A DNA stretch of 62,697 nt, counting the filler, from Mycoplasmatota bacterium (lineage in GTDB: Bacteria; Bacillota_I; Bacilli_A; RF39; UBA660): the NCBI GenBank assembly GCA_012727915.1. It is 4 parts of 4 records of this genome, joined end to end, with 100 filler letters (N's around TTAATTAATTAA, not from the genome) between each part and the next. Parts side by side here need not be neighbours in the genome. Positions count along the whole stretch, not along the records: positions 41,497 to 60,559 come from JAAYGD010000044.1; positions 60,660 to 62,697 come from JAAYGD010000052.1; 2 more parts are not named here. The stretch is one strand, 5' to 3'. Of this stretch, positions 52,511 to 60,763 are shown in pieces. The position numbers and the translations under genes were made by a program. The notes below the pieces were generated by a model. The model was given only the letters and a program-made list of their open reading frames with translations, ran no database searches and was not told the DNA's origin. How positions within the stretch are numbered: the stretch's first letter is position 1; each line of letters begins with the position of its first letter.

Positions 52511-53306
52511 AAGAAATATTTTTAACTTAGTTAAATTTAATCTAAAAATAAATAAAAGTAATGTTTTAGGATGGTTTATATCAATATTTTCAATTATGCT
52601 TATTTATATGATACTTTTTCCAACTATAAAAGATATTGGAATGGCTAAAATGGAATTAATACCTGAAGAAATGTTAAAGTTTTTTAATTTAAATAGTTTA
52701 AATGATATGAATAATTATGTTAGTTATTTTGGAATGATATTTAATATAGTTTTAATAGCAATATCAATATTTGCGGCTACTTTTAGTGCAAAGCTTATTT
52801 GTAAAGAAGAAAATACTAAATCAATTGAATTTCTTAATGCTCTTCATATAAGCAGAAATGAAATATATATATCAAAATTAATAACAGCATTTATATCTAT
52901 AACACTTGTTTTATTAGGTGCTATATCTGCTACAATATTTAGTGGATTTATAGTAGGAGGAAAAACATTTATATTAAATGATGTATTGATTATTATAAAA
53001 GTAACTAGTTTTACTGCCTATATGTTTATGGCTTTATCATTTTTAATATCAGGAATAACATCTAAAATAAATGTATCTTCTATATCTTCAATAATAGTAT
53101 TATTTTGCTATATGATTGGTTTTTTAGGTACGTTAATTGAAAAGAAATGGTTAACATACTTTAGCCCTTTTGAAATTTTAAAACCTAACAATGCATTAGC
53201 TATGTCAAACAGCACAATCCTAATATTATCTATTTACTTTGTTTTAACTTTTGTATTCATATTTGTGGGATTAAAATTTTATAAAAAAAGAGATTTTTAT
53301 ATTTAA
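52503..53306 (+). CDS. ABC-2 type exporter permease
   Basis: Six TM helices, KEE..SIEFL...ISR..I..SK, SPF; overlaps the ATPase stop. Confidence 0.9.
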   Translation: MNKRNIFNLVKFNLKINKSNVLGWFISIFSIMLIYMILFPTIKDIGMAKMELIPEEMLKFFNLNSLNDMNNYVSYFGMIFNIVLIAISIFAATFSAKLICKEENTKSIEFLNALHISRNEIYISKLITAFISITLVLLGAISATIFSGFIVGGKTFILNDVLIIIKVTSFTAYMFMALSFLISGITSKINVSSISSIIVLFCYMIGFLGTLIEKKWLTYFSPFEILKPNNALAMSNSTILILSIYFVLTFVFIFVGLKFYKKRDFYI

Positions 53307-53343
53307 AAGTTCTATTCAGGTAGAACTATTTTTGATATAATTA
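53303..53343 (+). repeat. 41-bp terminator/promoter direct repeat, copy 2
   Basis: TTAAAAGTTCTATTCAGGTAGAACTATTTTTGATATAATTA. Confidence 0.85.
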
Positions 53344-53381
53344 TAATTACATATATGGGAGGTTTTGTGGGAAGAGGAATT

Positions 53382-54173
53382 ATGAAGCCCTTTACTGTAC
53401 ATTTTGGTACAATGGGAAGTGCTAAAACAGCATTATTATTGATGAAAAACTATAATTATGCAGTTGATAAAGGAAAAGAAGTATTATTATTAAAGCCCAG
53501 TCTTGATAATAGATCTAAAAAAGGATTTATTGAATCAAGAGTTGGAATTGAATCAAAAGCTTTAGAAATTGATAAAAAAACAAATATAATAGAATTAATA
53601 GAATCTCTTGAAAATAAACCGGAATTTATAATGGTTGATGAAATTCAATTTTTTTCTTCTAAACAAATAATACAATTAAAAGATTTAACTATACTAGATG
53701 AGAATCCAATAACTGTTGATGTATATGGATTAAAAAATAATTTTAAAGGTAATTTGTTTGGAGAAGAAGATGGTTCTATGGCAACAGCCTTTTCGCTTGC
53801 AACTCATCTGGATCCTGTAAATTGTTTATGCGCATGTGGTAATGATGCCCACAATGTAGCAAGATTTAATCCTGAAACATGGGAAATTCAAAAGATAGGC
53901 GAGGAGATAAAGGTGGGAGGAAACGAAAGCTATGTTTCTTTGTGTTATAGGTGTTTTAAAGAAGATTATATACCTAGATCAACTCGAATAGCATTAATAA
54001 AAGATGCTATATCTAAAAATATTAATCCAATAAAAAAAGAAGAATTAGAAAAACAATATTCAATTGAAAATGAATTGTATTTAGAAGAAGAAATTGATTA
54101 TTTAAGGAATCAAATAGAAAAGAACGAAGCAAAAATATTGGAACTTAGAGCAAAAAGTAATAATCATAAATAA
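53382..54173 (+). CDS. tdk: Thymidine kinase with C-terminal coiled-coil extension
   Basis: GTMGSAKT, D.R, ESR.G, VDEIQF, YGL..F, C.CG, VGGNE.Y..LC..C. Start is uncertain (53355, 53367 or 53382). Confidence 0.88.
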   Translation: MKPFTVHFGTMGSAKTALLLMKNYNYAVDKGKEVLLLKPSLDNRSKKGFIESRVGIESKALEIDKKTNIIELIESLENKPEFIMVDEIQFFSSKQIIQLKDLTILDENPITVDVYGLKNNFKGNLFGEEDGSMATAFSLATHLDPVNCLCACGNDAHNVARFNPETWEIQKIGEEIKVGGNESYVSLCYRCFKEDYIPRSTRIALIKDAISKNINPIKKEELEKQYSIENELYLEEEIDYLRNQIEKNEAKILELRAKSNNHK

Positions 54174-54330
54174 TTGTTATATATAACAAATTAGGTATAT
54201 TAATAATTATAAAAAAAGTGAAAAACAATTATAAAAAATTGTTTTTTATTTTAATTGTAATCAATAATTAATTTTTCTTCTTTTTCTTTTATTTAATAAA
54301 AAGGATATTATCTTTTAGAAAGGAGAAATT

Positions 54331-54669
54331 ATGTTAAATCAAATTGTTATTGTAGGTAGATTGGTTAGAGATCCAGAACTAAGAGAGACAGAAAATGGTA
54401 AAAAAATTACTAATGTTACTCTCGCAGTTCCTAGGAGTTATAAGAATTCTAAAGGGGAGTATGAAACTGATTTTATTGATTGTGTATTATGGACAGGTAT
54501 AGCGGAAAACACAGTAGAATATTGTAAAAAAGGAGATTTGTTAGGAATTAAAGGAAGAGTTCAAACAAGAATTTATGAAACAGAAGATGAAAAAAGAAGA
54601 CATGTAACAGAAGTAGTAGCGGAAAAAGTAACATTTTTAAGTAGTAAAAAAGAAGAAAAGGATGCATAG
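54331..54669 (+). CDS. ssb: Short single-stranded DNA-binding protein (SsbB-like, no DDLPF tail)
   Basis: MLN...VGRL.RDPELR, DFI.C..W...AE, KG.L.G..GR.QTR.Y, TEVV.E...FL. Confidence 0.95.
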   Translation: MLNQIVIVGRLVRDPELRETENGKKITNVTLAVPRSYKNSKGEYETDFIDCVLWTGIAENTVEYCKKGDLLGIKGRVQTRIYETEDEKRRHVTEVVAEKVTFLSSKKEEKDA

Positions 54670-55564
54670 TCCTTTTTCTTTAGATTATTACAATGAAATA
54701 AAAATAGAATTAGTTAATAATGAAGTTTTTAAAAAAGTAAAAGATTATAGTAAAAACAAAAGTGATTTAAATGCATATTATAATGTGGGCAAATTACTAT
54801 CTGAAGCAAACAATCAATATGGAGATGGAGTAATAAAGGAGTATTCTAAAAGACTTACAAAGGAATTGGGAAAAGGATATAATACAACTTCTTTAAAAAG
54901 AATGAGACAGTTTTATCAAATTGTTGAAAAAGGTGCCACATTGTGGCACCAATTGTCATGGAGCCATTATAGAATTCTTCTGGTTTTTGACGATGTAAAC
55001 ATTATAAATTATTATTCAACTATTACAAAAATACAAAATTTAAGTGTAAGAAAACTAGAAGAAAAAATAAAGAATAATGAATATGAAAGATTAGATAACA
55101 CTACAAAAGAAAAATTGATCAGCAAAACAGAAAATAGTATAGAAGATTTCATTAAAAATCTAATTTTAATAAAGAATAGTTATAGTTACAAAGAAGTATC
55201 TGAAAAATTATTAAAACAGCTAATTCTAGAGAACCTAGATAACTTTTTAAAAGAACTTGGAGATGGATTTACCTATATAAAAAACGAATATAAAATAAAA
55301 TTGGGGGATAGATATAACTATATTGATTTATTATTATACAACATAAAATATAATTGCTATGTAGTTGTGGAATTAAAAATTACTGAATTAAAAGCAGAAC
55401 ATATAGGCCAGATAAGTAAATATATGAACTACATTGATAAGAATATAAAAAGAATAGATCATGATAAAACTATAGGAATAATAATAGTAAAGAAAAACAA
55501 TCAGTTTGTAATGGAGTATTGTAGTGACAATAGGATATTTAGAGTAACATATATTTTGAATTAA
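54662..55564 (+). CDS. DUF1016/YhcG-family PD-(D/E)xK nuclease-like protein
   Basis: YG..VI, L.RMRQFY, LSWSHY, FLKELG.GF, IDLL.Y, VVELK, GQ..KYM, TIGII. Confidence 0.93.
   Translation: MHSPFSLDYYNEIKIELVNNEVFKKVKDYSKNKSDLNAYYNVGKLLSEANNQYGDGVIKEYSKRLTKELGKGYNTTSLKRMRQFYQIVEKGATLWHQLSWSHYRILLVFDDVNIINYYSTITKIQNLSVRKLEEKIKNNEYERLDNTTKEKLISKTENSIEDFIKNLILIKNSYSYKEVSEKLLKQLILENLDNFLKELGDGFTYIKNEYKIKLGDRYNYIDLLLYNIKYNCYVVVELKITELKAEHIGQISKYMNYIDKNIKRIDHDKTIGIIIVKKNNQFVMEYCSDNRIFRVTYILN
54932..54950. repeat. Perfect intragenic palindrome with 1-nt centre
   Basis: GGTGCCACA-T-TGTGGCACC. Confidence 0.95.
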
Positions 55565-55623
55565 AAATACATATTATAATATTTACAAAGTATGGATGGT
55601 AAATTATGCCCAAACCAATTAAC

Positions 55624-55738
55624 GGAAATAAAGGAAGAGTACAAAACAAGAATTTATGAAACTGAAGATAAAAAAAGAAGATACGTAATAGAAGTAGTAG
55701 CCCAAAAATTTAAATTCTTATCAAGTAAAAAAGAATAA
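55624..55738 (+). pseudogene. Displaced, diverged copy of the ssb 3' third
   Basis: Aligns to 54544-54654 with 16 substitutions and 1 insertion over 111 nt; reads ...TRIYETEDKKRRYVIEVVAQKFKFLSSKKE*. Confidence 0.92.
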
Positions 55739-55783
55739 TATAGAATAATCGGTTTTTTTGATATAATTAACTTGGTGATAGCT

Positions 55784-56218
55784 ATGAGCTTTGATTTAAG
55801 AGATTGTACTTATTATGATTTGGATTTTATCTTAAGTTTAAAGGAATCGGGGATGAAATGGTATATTGAAAAAATATATGGATGGGATATTGATATACAA
55901 AGAGAAAAGACAAGAAAAGAATTAGACAAACATATTGATGATATAAAAATTATACAAGTAAATAATGAAGATATTGGAGTTACTACTTTTTATAAAGAAG
56001 ATAATGCTTATGTTGTTGGTCTAATAATTATTCATCCTAAATATCAATGTAGAGGTATTGCCTCAACTATTATTAGCAATTATATAAATATTGCGAAAGC
56101 AGAAAAATGTAACATTATAATTAAATGTTATAAAGATAATCCGGCAAAAGATTTATATAAACGTTTAGGATTTAGAGTAGTTAGTGAAGATAATAGCCAT
56201 ATTCATATGATAATATAA
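55784..56218 (+). CDS. GNAT family N-acetyltransferase
   Basis: IHPKYQ.RGIA acetyl-CoA motif, NPA..LY.RLGF. Confidence 0.92.
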   Translation: MSFDLRDCTYYDLDFILSLKESGMKWYIEKIYGWDIDIQREKTRKELDKHIDDIKIIQVNNEDIGVTTFYKEDNAYVVGLIIIHPKYQCRGIASTIISNYINIAKAEKCNIIIKCYKDNPAKDLYKRLGFRVVSEDNSHIHMII

Positions 56219-56308
56219 TAAGTTGTATTTAAGTAATAAAAAAAGATTTTTATGAAATAATTAAATATAAATGCTAATATATAATTAATTTTAAAGGAGT
56301 GATTTATT

Positions 56309-56359
56309 ATGAAAAAAGGAGAAGATATATTATTAAAAGAATTGGAGGTAAATTTATGA
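56309..56359 (+). pseudogene. Short 5' gene remnant or uORF coupled to the next gene
   Basis: AAAGGAG RBS, MKKGEDILLKELEVNL*; its TGA overlaps the GNAT ATG (ATGA). Confidence 0.45.
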
Positions 56360-56772
56360 TAAATGTTAAAGAAAATATTAATAATGTAAAGGAATTTAAT
56401 TATTTATATGATTCTGTTGGATGGGGACATTATGATGAAAAAATATCAAAAAAAGCAATGGAAAATACATTGTATTCTGTATCAATATATGATGATAACA
56501 ATATAATTGGTTATGGAAGAATAATTGGAGATGCAATTTGTTTTTTATATATTCATGATGTAATGGTAATTCCAAAATATCAATCAAAAAAGATTGGAAC
56601 AATTATAATGAATAAATTATTAGAGCAAATTGAAGAAATAAGAAAAGAGAACCCTAATTTGAAAGTTTATTTAGGAGCATCAAAAAATAGAGAAGGATTC
56701 TATGAAAAATTTGGATTCGTAAATAGAACAGACGCTAATTTAGGGCATGGAATGATTTTAAAAAACAAATAA
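56356..56772 (+). CDS. GNAT family N-acetyltransferase
   Basis: IGYGR..GD, DVMV.PKYQ.K.IG, FYEKFGF; GGAGG RBS. Confidence 0.93.
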   Translation: MINVKENINNVKEFNYLYDSVGWGHYDEKISKKAMENTLYSVSIYDDNNIIGYGRIIGDAICFLYIHDVMVIPKYQSKKIGTIIMNKLLEQIEEIRKENPNLKVYLGASKNREGFYEKFGFVNRTDANLGHGMILKNK

Positions 56773-56847
56773 TAATTTGTAAAAACTTTCTATTAATAAA
56801 TTTTTATATGGATTTGATATACTTTAGTAAGTATTATATTATCATAG

Positions 56848-57005
56848 GAGATTAAAAAGAACAAAGAAATCAGTAAATATAGTGATGATGAAGAAACAAG
56901 ATATTTAGAAGAAAAGAAATTTGAATATTTAAAAAGAATTGTATTATAAAAAATGATGAAATGATTAAACGATTGGAAAGAAAGTATCCAATAAAAGCAT
57001 TATAA
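56848..57005 (+). pseudogene. Frameshifted gene remnant
   Basis: EIKKNKEISKYSDDEETRYLEEKKFEYLK, then NCIIKNDEMIKRLERKYPIKAL* in a second frame; no start. Confidence 0.4.
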
Positions 57006-57019
57006 TTTAAGGAGATTTT

Positions 57020-58213
57020 ATGATAGGTTATAAAGGATTTAAAAAAGGTTTGATTAATAATTATGATAAACAATTTGAAGTTGGAAAAACTTATAGTGTA
57101 GAAGGTGAAATAGCATTTGGATTAACAGGTAATGGTTATCATTTTTCTCAGAATATTTACGATGTATTTAAGTATATTTATCCTAAAGGAGAAATAGAGG
57201 TAGCTTTAGTAAGTACTAATGATAAAGGTAAAGATTTAATAAATAGTGAAGATGATTATTATGGTTATTATGATTTATATTGTTGTAGAAATTTAAAAAT
57301 AGAAAGAATTATTTCAAGAGAAGAAGTTATTGATTTAATATTGAAATCTCCTAAAGAAGGGATAATAAAATTTATATCAAGTGAAGATATGTCAATAGAA
57401 GAATGTAAAAAGTTTTTATCTTTTGATAGTGATATAATTAAAGCAATTAAATATTTTCAATTAGGAGATAAAGATGTTTATGAAAGAGAATATAAAAAAA
57501 GATATAAACAAGGGAATTATATGAATAGTGTAGCTGAAGGATTATTTAAAGATGGAAAACTATTAGCAAGAGCAATGGATGCTGGTAAATTAAGAAAAGG
57601 TAATGATGAATATTATTATGATTTTTCTATTTGGGCTGAAGAATATGAGCTTGCTAAAGGAGAAGGTTTATATAGTCTATCTACTACTTTGTTATTAGAA
57701 GATGAAAGAATACCTACCTATAAGAATATGGGATTTTTAATAGATAGTGATATTGTAGATATAAAACATGTATGTGAAAATGATTGTGCAAGCTCAGGAA
57801 ATGATAAAGATGGTGATTTTAATGCTTTAGCACCAAATCTTTATTCATTAAATAATTTGGAAAATGTTGTTAGATCTAAACATGAGGGAATAATGAATGA
57901 AGTTAATATTAATATGAAAGATAATGGATATGTAGGATTATTTGTTAATAAATGTATATCTAAAATACCATTAGGTCAAATTATTTTAGCGCAAAAATAT
58001 TTTGAATTACAATCAGGAAAAGAATTACCTATATATGTTTATGATACTATGAATGGTAAATTAGATAGTTTAGATATGACATTAGAAGAAAAGAAATCTT
58101 ATATAAGAGATTTAGTGGATCAAGGATTAATTCGTTCTTCTAAGGTATCTTTTTATACAAAAGATGGAGAATATATAGAAGAAGATTATTTATCTAGTCA
58201 TATTCTTAAATAG
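57020..58213 (+). CDS. Two-domain hypothetical protein, probable gene fusion
   Basis: N-domain GYKGF...FEVGKTY...GYHF (phage-associated-like). Internal AGGGA plus ATG at 57521 opens a second domain. Confidence 0.7.
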   Translation: MIGYKGFKKGLINNYDKQFEVGKTYSVEGEIAFGLTGNGYHFSQNIYDVFKYIYPKGEIEVALVSTNDKGKDLINSEDDYYGYYDLYCCRNLKIERIISREEVIDLILKSPKEGIIKFISSEDMSIEECKKFLSFDSDIIKAIKYFQLGDKDVYEREYKKRYKQGNYMNSVAEGLFKDGKLLARAMDAGKLRKGNDEYYYDFSIWAEEYELAKGEGLYSLSTTLLLEDERIPTYKNMGFLIDSDIVDIKHVCENDCASSGNDKDGDFNALAPNLYSLNNLENVVRSKHEGIMNEVNINMKDNGYVGLFVNKCISKIPLGQIILAQKYFELQSGKELPIYVYDTMNGKLDSLDMTLEEKKSYIRDLVDQGLIRSSKVSFYTKDGEYIEEDYLSSHILK

Positions 58214-58239
58214 TTGTATAATTATTATAAGGAGGTCTA

Positions 58240-58497
58240 ATGTTAAAAAATAGTTTAAAGGGTATTGGAGTGTTTTTATTATTAGTAGCGTTTATGTTTT
58301 ACTTTTATAGTTATAAGGAATATGGGGGATGTGTAAAAAATAGTGAGTATGTTTATGATTGTAGTGTTGAAAATAGAGTAATATTTGTTACAAGAAATCT
58401 TAGTAATAGTATACTTCTATTTGTAGGTGGTTCTTTCTTATTTACAATAGGTTTCTTTTTAGATAATAAGAAGTCATTATTTAATTTTAAAAAGTAA
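58240..58497 (+). CDS. Small two-TM membrane protein
   Basis: AGGAGG RBS, two hydrophobic helices and a Cys pair in the loop. Confidence 0.7.
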   Translation: MLKNSLKGIGVFLLLVAFMFYFYSYKEYGGCVKNSEYVYDCSVENRVIFVTRNLSNSILLFVGGSFLFTIGFFLDNKKSLFNFKK

Positions 58498-58503
58498 CCT
58501 TTT

Positions 58504-58531
58504 TTGACAAATTATTATTTTTGTGTATAAT
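58504..58531 (+). promoter_or_regulatory. SigA promoter
   Basis: TTGACA-16 nt-TATAAT. Confidence 0.7.
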
Positions 58532-58554
58532 AATATCCTCGTAAAGGGGGATAT

Positions 58555-58941
58555 ATGAAAAAGAAGAAAAATAAAAGATTATTAATATCTTCTTTAGTGA
58601 TACTAGGAATTGCAGCAGGTATTTATTATGAAGATAGGAGTTTTGATCATACTAAAGATTATTGCTTATTGTCTGATGTATTTGGTCTACAACATCAAGT
58701 AGACGCTATTAATAGAGATTCAGAATCAATGAGTCATAAATTAAAAGCAATATTAATAAAAGAATATAATGAAGTAATTCCTAATGGATATACAAACGAT
58801 ACTATTCATCATGAAGGAGAATACATATTATTATATAAAAGTGATGATACTTATTTTAAAAGTGAAGAAGAACTTATGAAATTTGATGTAGCATATAAAG
58901 ATTTTGAACCAGTTAAAATATTAGATTATACAAAGAAATAA
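58555..58941 (+). CDS. Hypothetical membrane-anchored or secreted protein
   Basis: Basic N-terminus and hydrophobic helix; AGGGGG RBS. Confidence 0.7.
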   Translation: MKKKKNKRLLISSLVILGIAAGIYYEDRSFDHTKDYCLLSDVFGLQHQVDAINRDSESMSHKLKAILIKEYNEVIPNGYTNDTIHHEGEYILLYKSDDTYFKSEEELMKFDVAYKDFEPVKILDYTKK

Positions 58942-58952
58942 CATTTAATATG

Positions 58953-59927
58953 TTATTTTTTTTCTATTAAGAATTTTTTTATTAAATTAATGTCTTCATT
59001 TTCTATTATTATTTTATACATTATATCAATAATTGGAATATTTACTTTCTTATTGTTAAGTAATTTATAAATGGATTTCAATGTATATAATCCTTCAATG
59101 GTTGTATTACTTATATATTTATTAATAATATTTTTTGATTTTTTACCTCCAATCATTTTACCAAAAGTATAATTTCTACTTTTATTACTAGTACATGTTA
59201 AAACCAAATCTCCAATACCAGCATAAGATAATATGGTTTTTTTATTACCACCTAAAGCATCTATTAATTCCTTTATATCGTGTAATGATTCTGTTATTAA
59301 CATAGCTTTTGAAGATTCTGGTAGTTTCATTCCTTCAATTATTCCACAAGCAATTGCAATTATATTTTTAATAGAACCACATATTTCTACACCAATAATA
59401 TCATCACATGTTCTAAGTTTTAAATATTTGTTTTCTAAGGCGTTTTTAATCATATTTAGTGTGTTTTCATCTTTGCTTGCTAGTGTTAATCCAATTGGTA
59501 CAAAACTTGCAATATCAACCGCAAAAGAAGGCCCAGACATAACTGCTATTTTACTAGTATTAATATTTTTTCTAACAACTTCATCAACAAACAAACAAGT
59601 ATCTTGTTCTATACCTTTTGATCCAATACAAATATATTGATCTTTATAATAATTTTTTAATTCTTTTGAAATATCATCTACATATCCAGCAGGTACCATT
59701 ATAAAAATAATATCACTATTATTAATACAATATTCCATATTAGTTGTATATTCAATTGAATCGGGTAATTTTATATTTGGTAATAAATTTGGATTACCAT
59801 TATTATTATTTAAAATATTTAATTCTTCTTCAAACTTAGTATACATCTTTATATTATTATTATTTTCATTTAACATTAATGCTATAGATAAACCATATGC
59901 TCCAGTACCTAATATAGCTATATTCAT
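58953..59927 (-). CDS. gpsA: NAD(P)H-dependent glycerol-3-phosphate dehydrogenase
   Basis: G.GAYG, SKGIE, SGPSFA, KN.IAIA.G, G.GDL.LTC.S..SRN. Confidence 0.96.
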   Translation of the reverse strand: MNIAILGTGAYGLSIALMLNENNNNIKMYTKFEEELNILNNNNGNPNLLPNIKLPDSIEYTTNMEYCINNSDIIFIMVPAGYVDDISKELKNYYKDQYICIGSKGIEQDTCLFVDEVVRKNINTSKIAVMSGPSFAVDIASFVPIGLTLASKDENTLNMIKNALENKYLKLRTCDDIIGVEICGSIKNIIAIACGIIEGMKLPESSKAMLITESLHDIKELIDALGGNKKTILSYAGIGDLVLTCTSNKSRNYTFGKMIGGKKSKNIINKYISNTTIEGLYTLKSIYKLLNNKKVNIPIIDIMYKIIIENEDINLIKKFLIEKK

Positions 59928-60029
59928 AATATCACCTATTTCTATTATAATTTTACATTAAATAATATACTAAAACAAGTTATATTTTATATATAAATAT
60001 GATATAATTTTTGAAGTGAGGTGGATATC

Positions 60030-60437
60030 TTGAAAAAAATAATTACATACGGAACTTTCGATTTATTTCATGTTGGACATGTTAATATATTAAAAAGAGC
60101 TAAAGAATTAGGGGATTATTTAGTGGTGGGTTTATCTACTGATGAATTTAATTCTTTAAAAGGAAAGCAATCTTATTATCCTTATAGTGAAAGGAAATTA
60201 ATTCTTGAGGCTATTAAATATGTAGATGAAGTTATTCCTGAAGAAAATTGGGAACAAAAAGTAGACGATATAAAAAAACATAATATTGATGTTTTAGTAA
60301 TGGGTGATGATTGGGAAGGTAGCGATAGATTTAACTATTTAAAAGAATATGTTGAGTTAATTTTTCTTCCTATAACTGAAAATATTTCCACTTCAAAAAT
60401 TAAATATGAATTACAAAATGATAAAAACAAAAAATAA
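60030..60437 (+). CDS. tagD: Glycerol-3-phosphate cytidylyltransferase
   Basis: TYGTFDLFH.GH, STDEFN..KGK, MGDDW.G, ISTSKIK. TTG start after GAGGTG. Confidence 0.95.
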   Translation: MKKIITYGTFDLFHVGHVNILKRAKELGDYLVVGLSTDEFNSLKGKQSYYPYSERKLILEAIKYVDEVIPEENWEQKVDDIKKHNIDVLVMGDDWEGSDRFNYLKEYVELIFLPITENISTSKIKYELQNDKNKK

Positions 60438-60448
60438 GAGGATTTATT

Positions 60449-60559
60449 ATGGTTATAGCAATAAAATTATTCAAGTTTCATTTAAAAATTATTTATTTTT
60501 TTATGAAACTTAGAAAAACTGATCCTAAAAAAGTATTACTTATTAGTAGAGAAAGTAAT
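60449..60559 (+). CDS. Probable CDP-glycerol glycerophosphotransferase (TagB/TagF-like), 3' truncated
   Basis: MVIAIKLFKFHLKIIYFFMKLRK...KVLLISRESN directly after tagD. Confidence 0.55.
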
Positions 60560-60659
60560 NNNNNNNNNNNNNNNNNNNNNNNNNNNNNNNNNNNNNNNNN
60601 NNNTTAATTAATTAANNNNNNNNNNNNNNNNNNNNNNNNNNNNNNNNNNNNNNNNNNNN
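60560..60659. other. Assembly gap with artificial linker
   Basis: N run containing TTAATTAATTAA at 60604-60615. Confidence 0.97.
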
Positions 60660-60660
60660 G

Positions 60661-60689
60661 CGACTTTTTTAACGAAAAGTCGTTTTTTG
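60661..60689 (+). terminator. Terminator of an unseen upstream gene
   Basis: CGACTTTT...AAAAGTCG followed by a T tract. Confidence 0.7.
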
Positions 60690-60717
60690 TTTATTTATAA
60701 TTTTTTATATCAAATTA

Positions 60718-60746
60718 TTGAAAATAGAACGTATGTTCGATATAGT
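60718..60746 (+). promoter_or_regulatory. SigA promoter with a LexA (Cheo) box in the spacer
   Basis: TTGAAA-17 nt-TATAGT, with AGAACGTATGTTCG at 60726-60739. Confidence 0.8.
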
Positions 60747-60763
60747 GTTAATAGGGAGGATAT

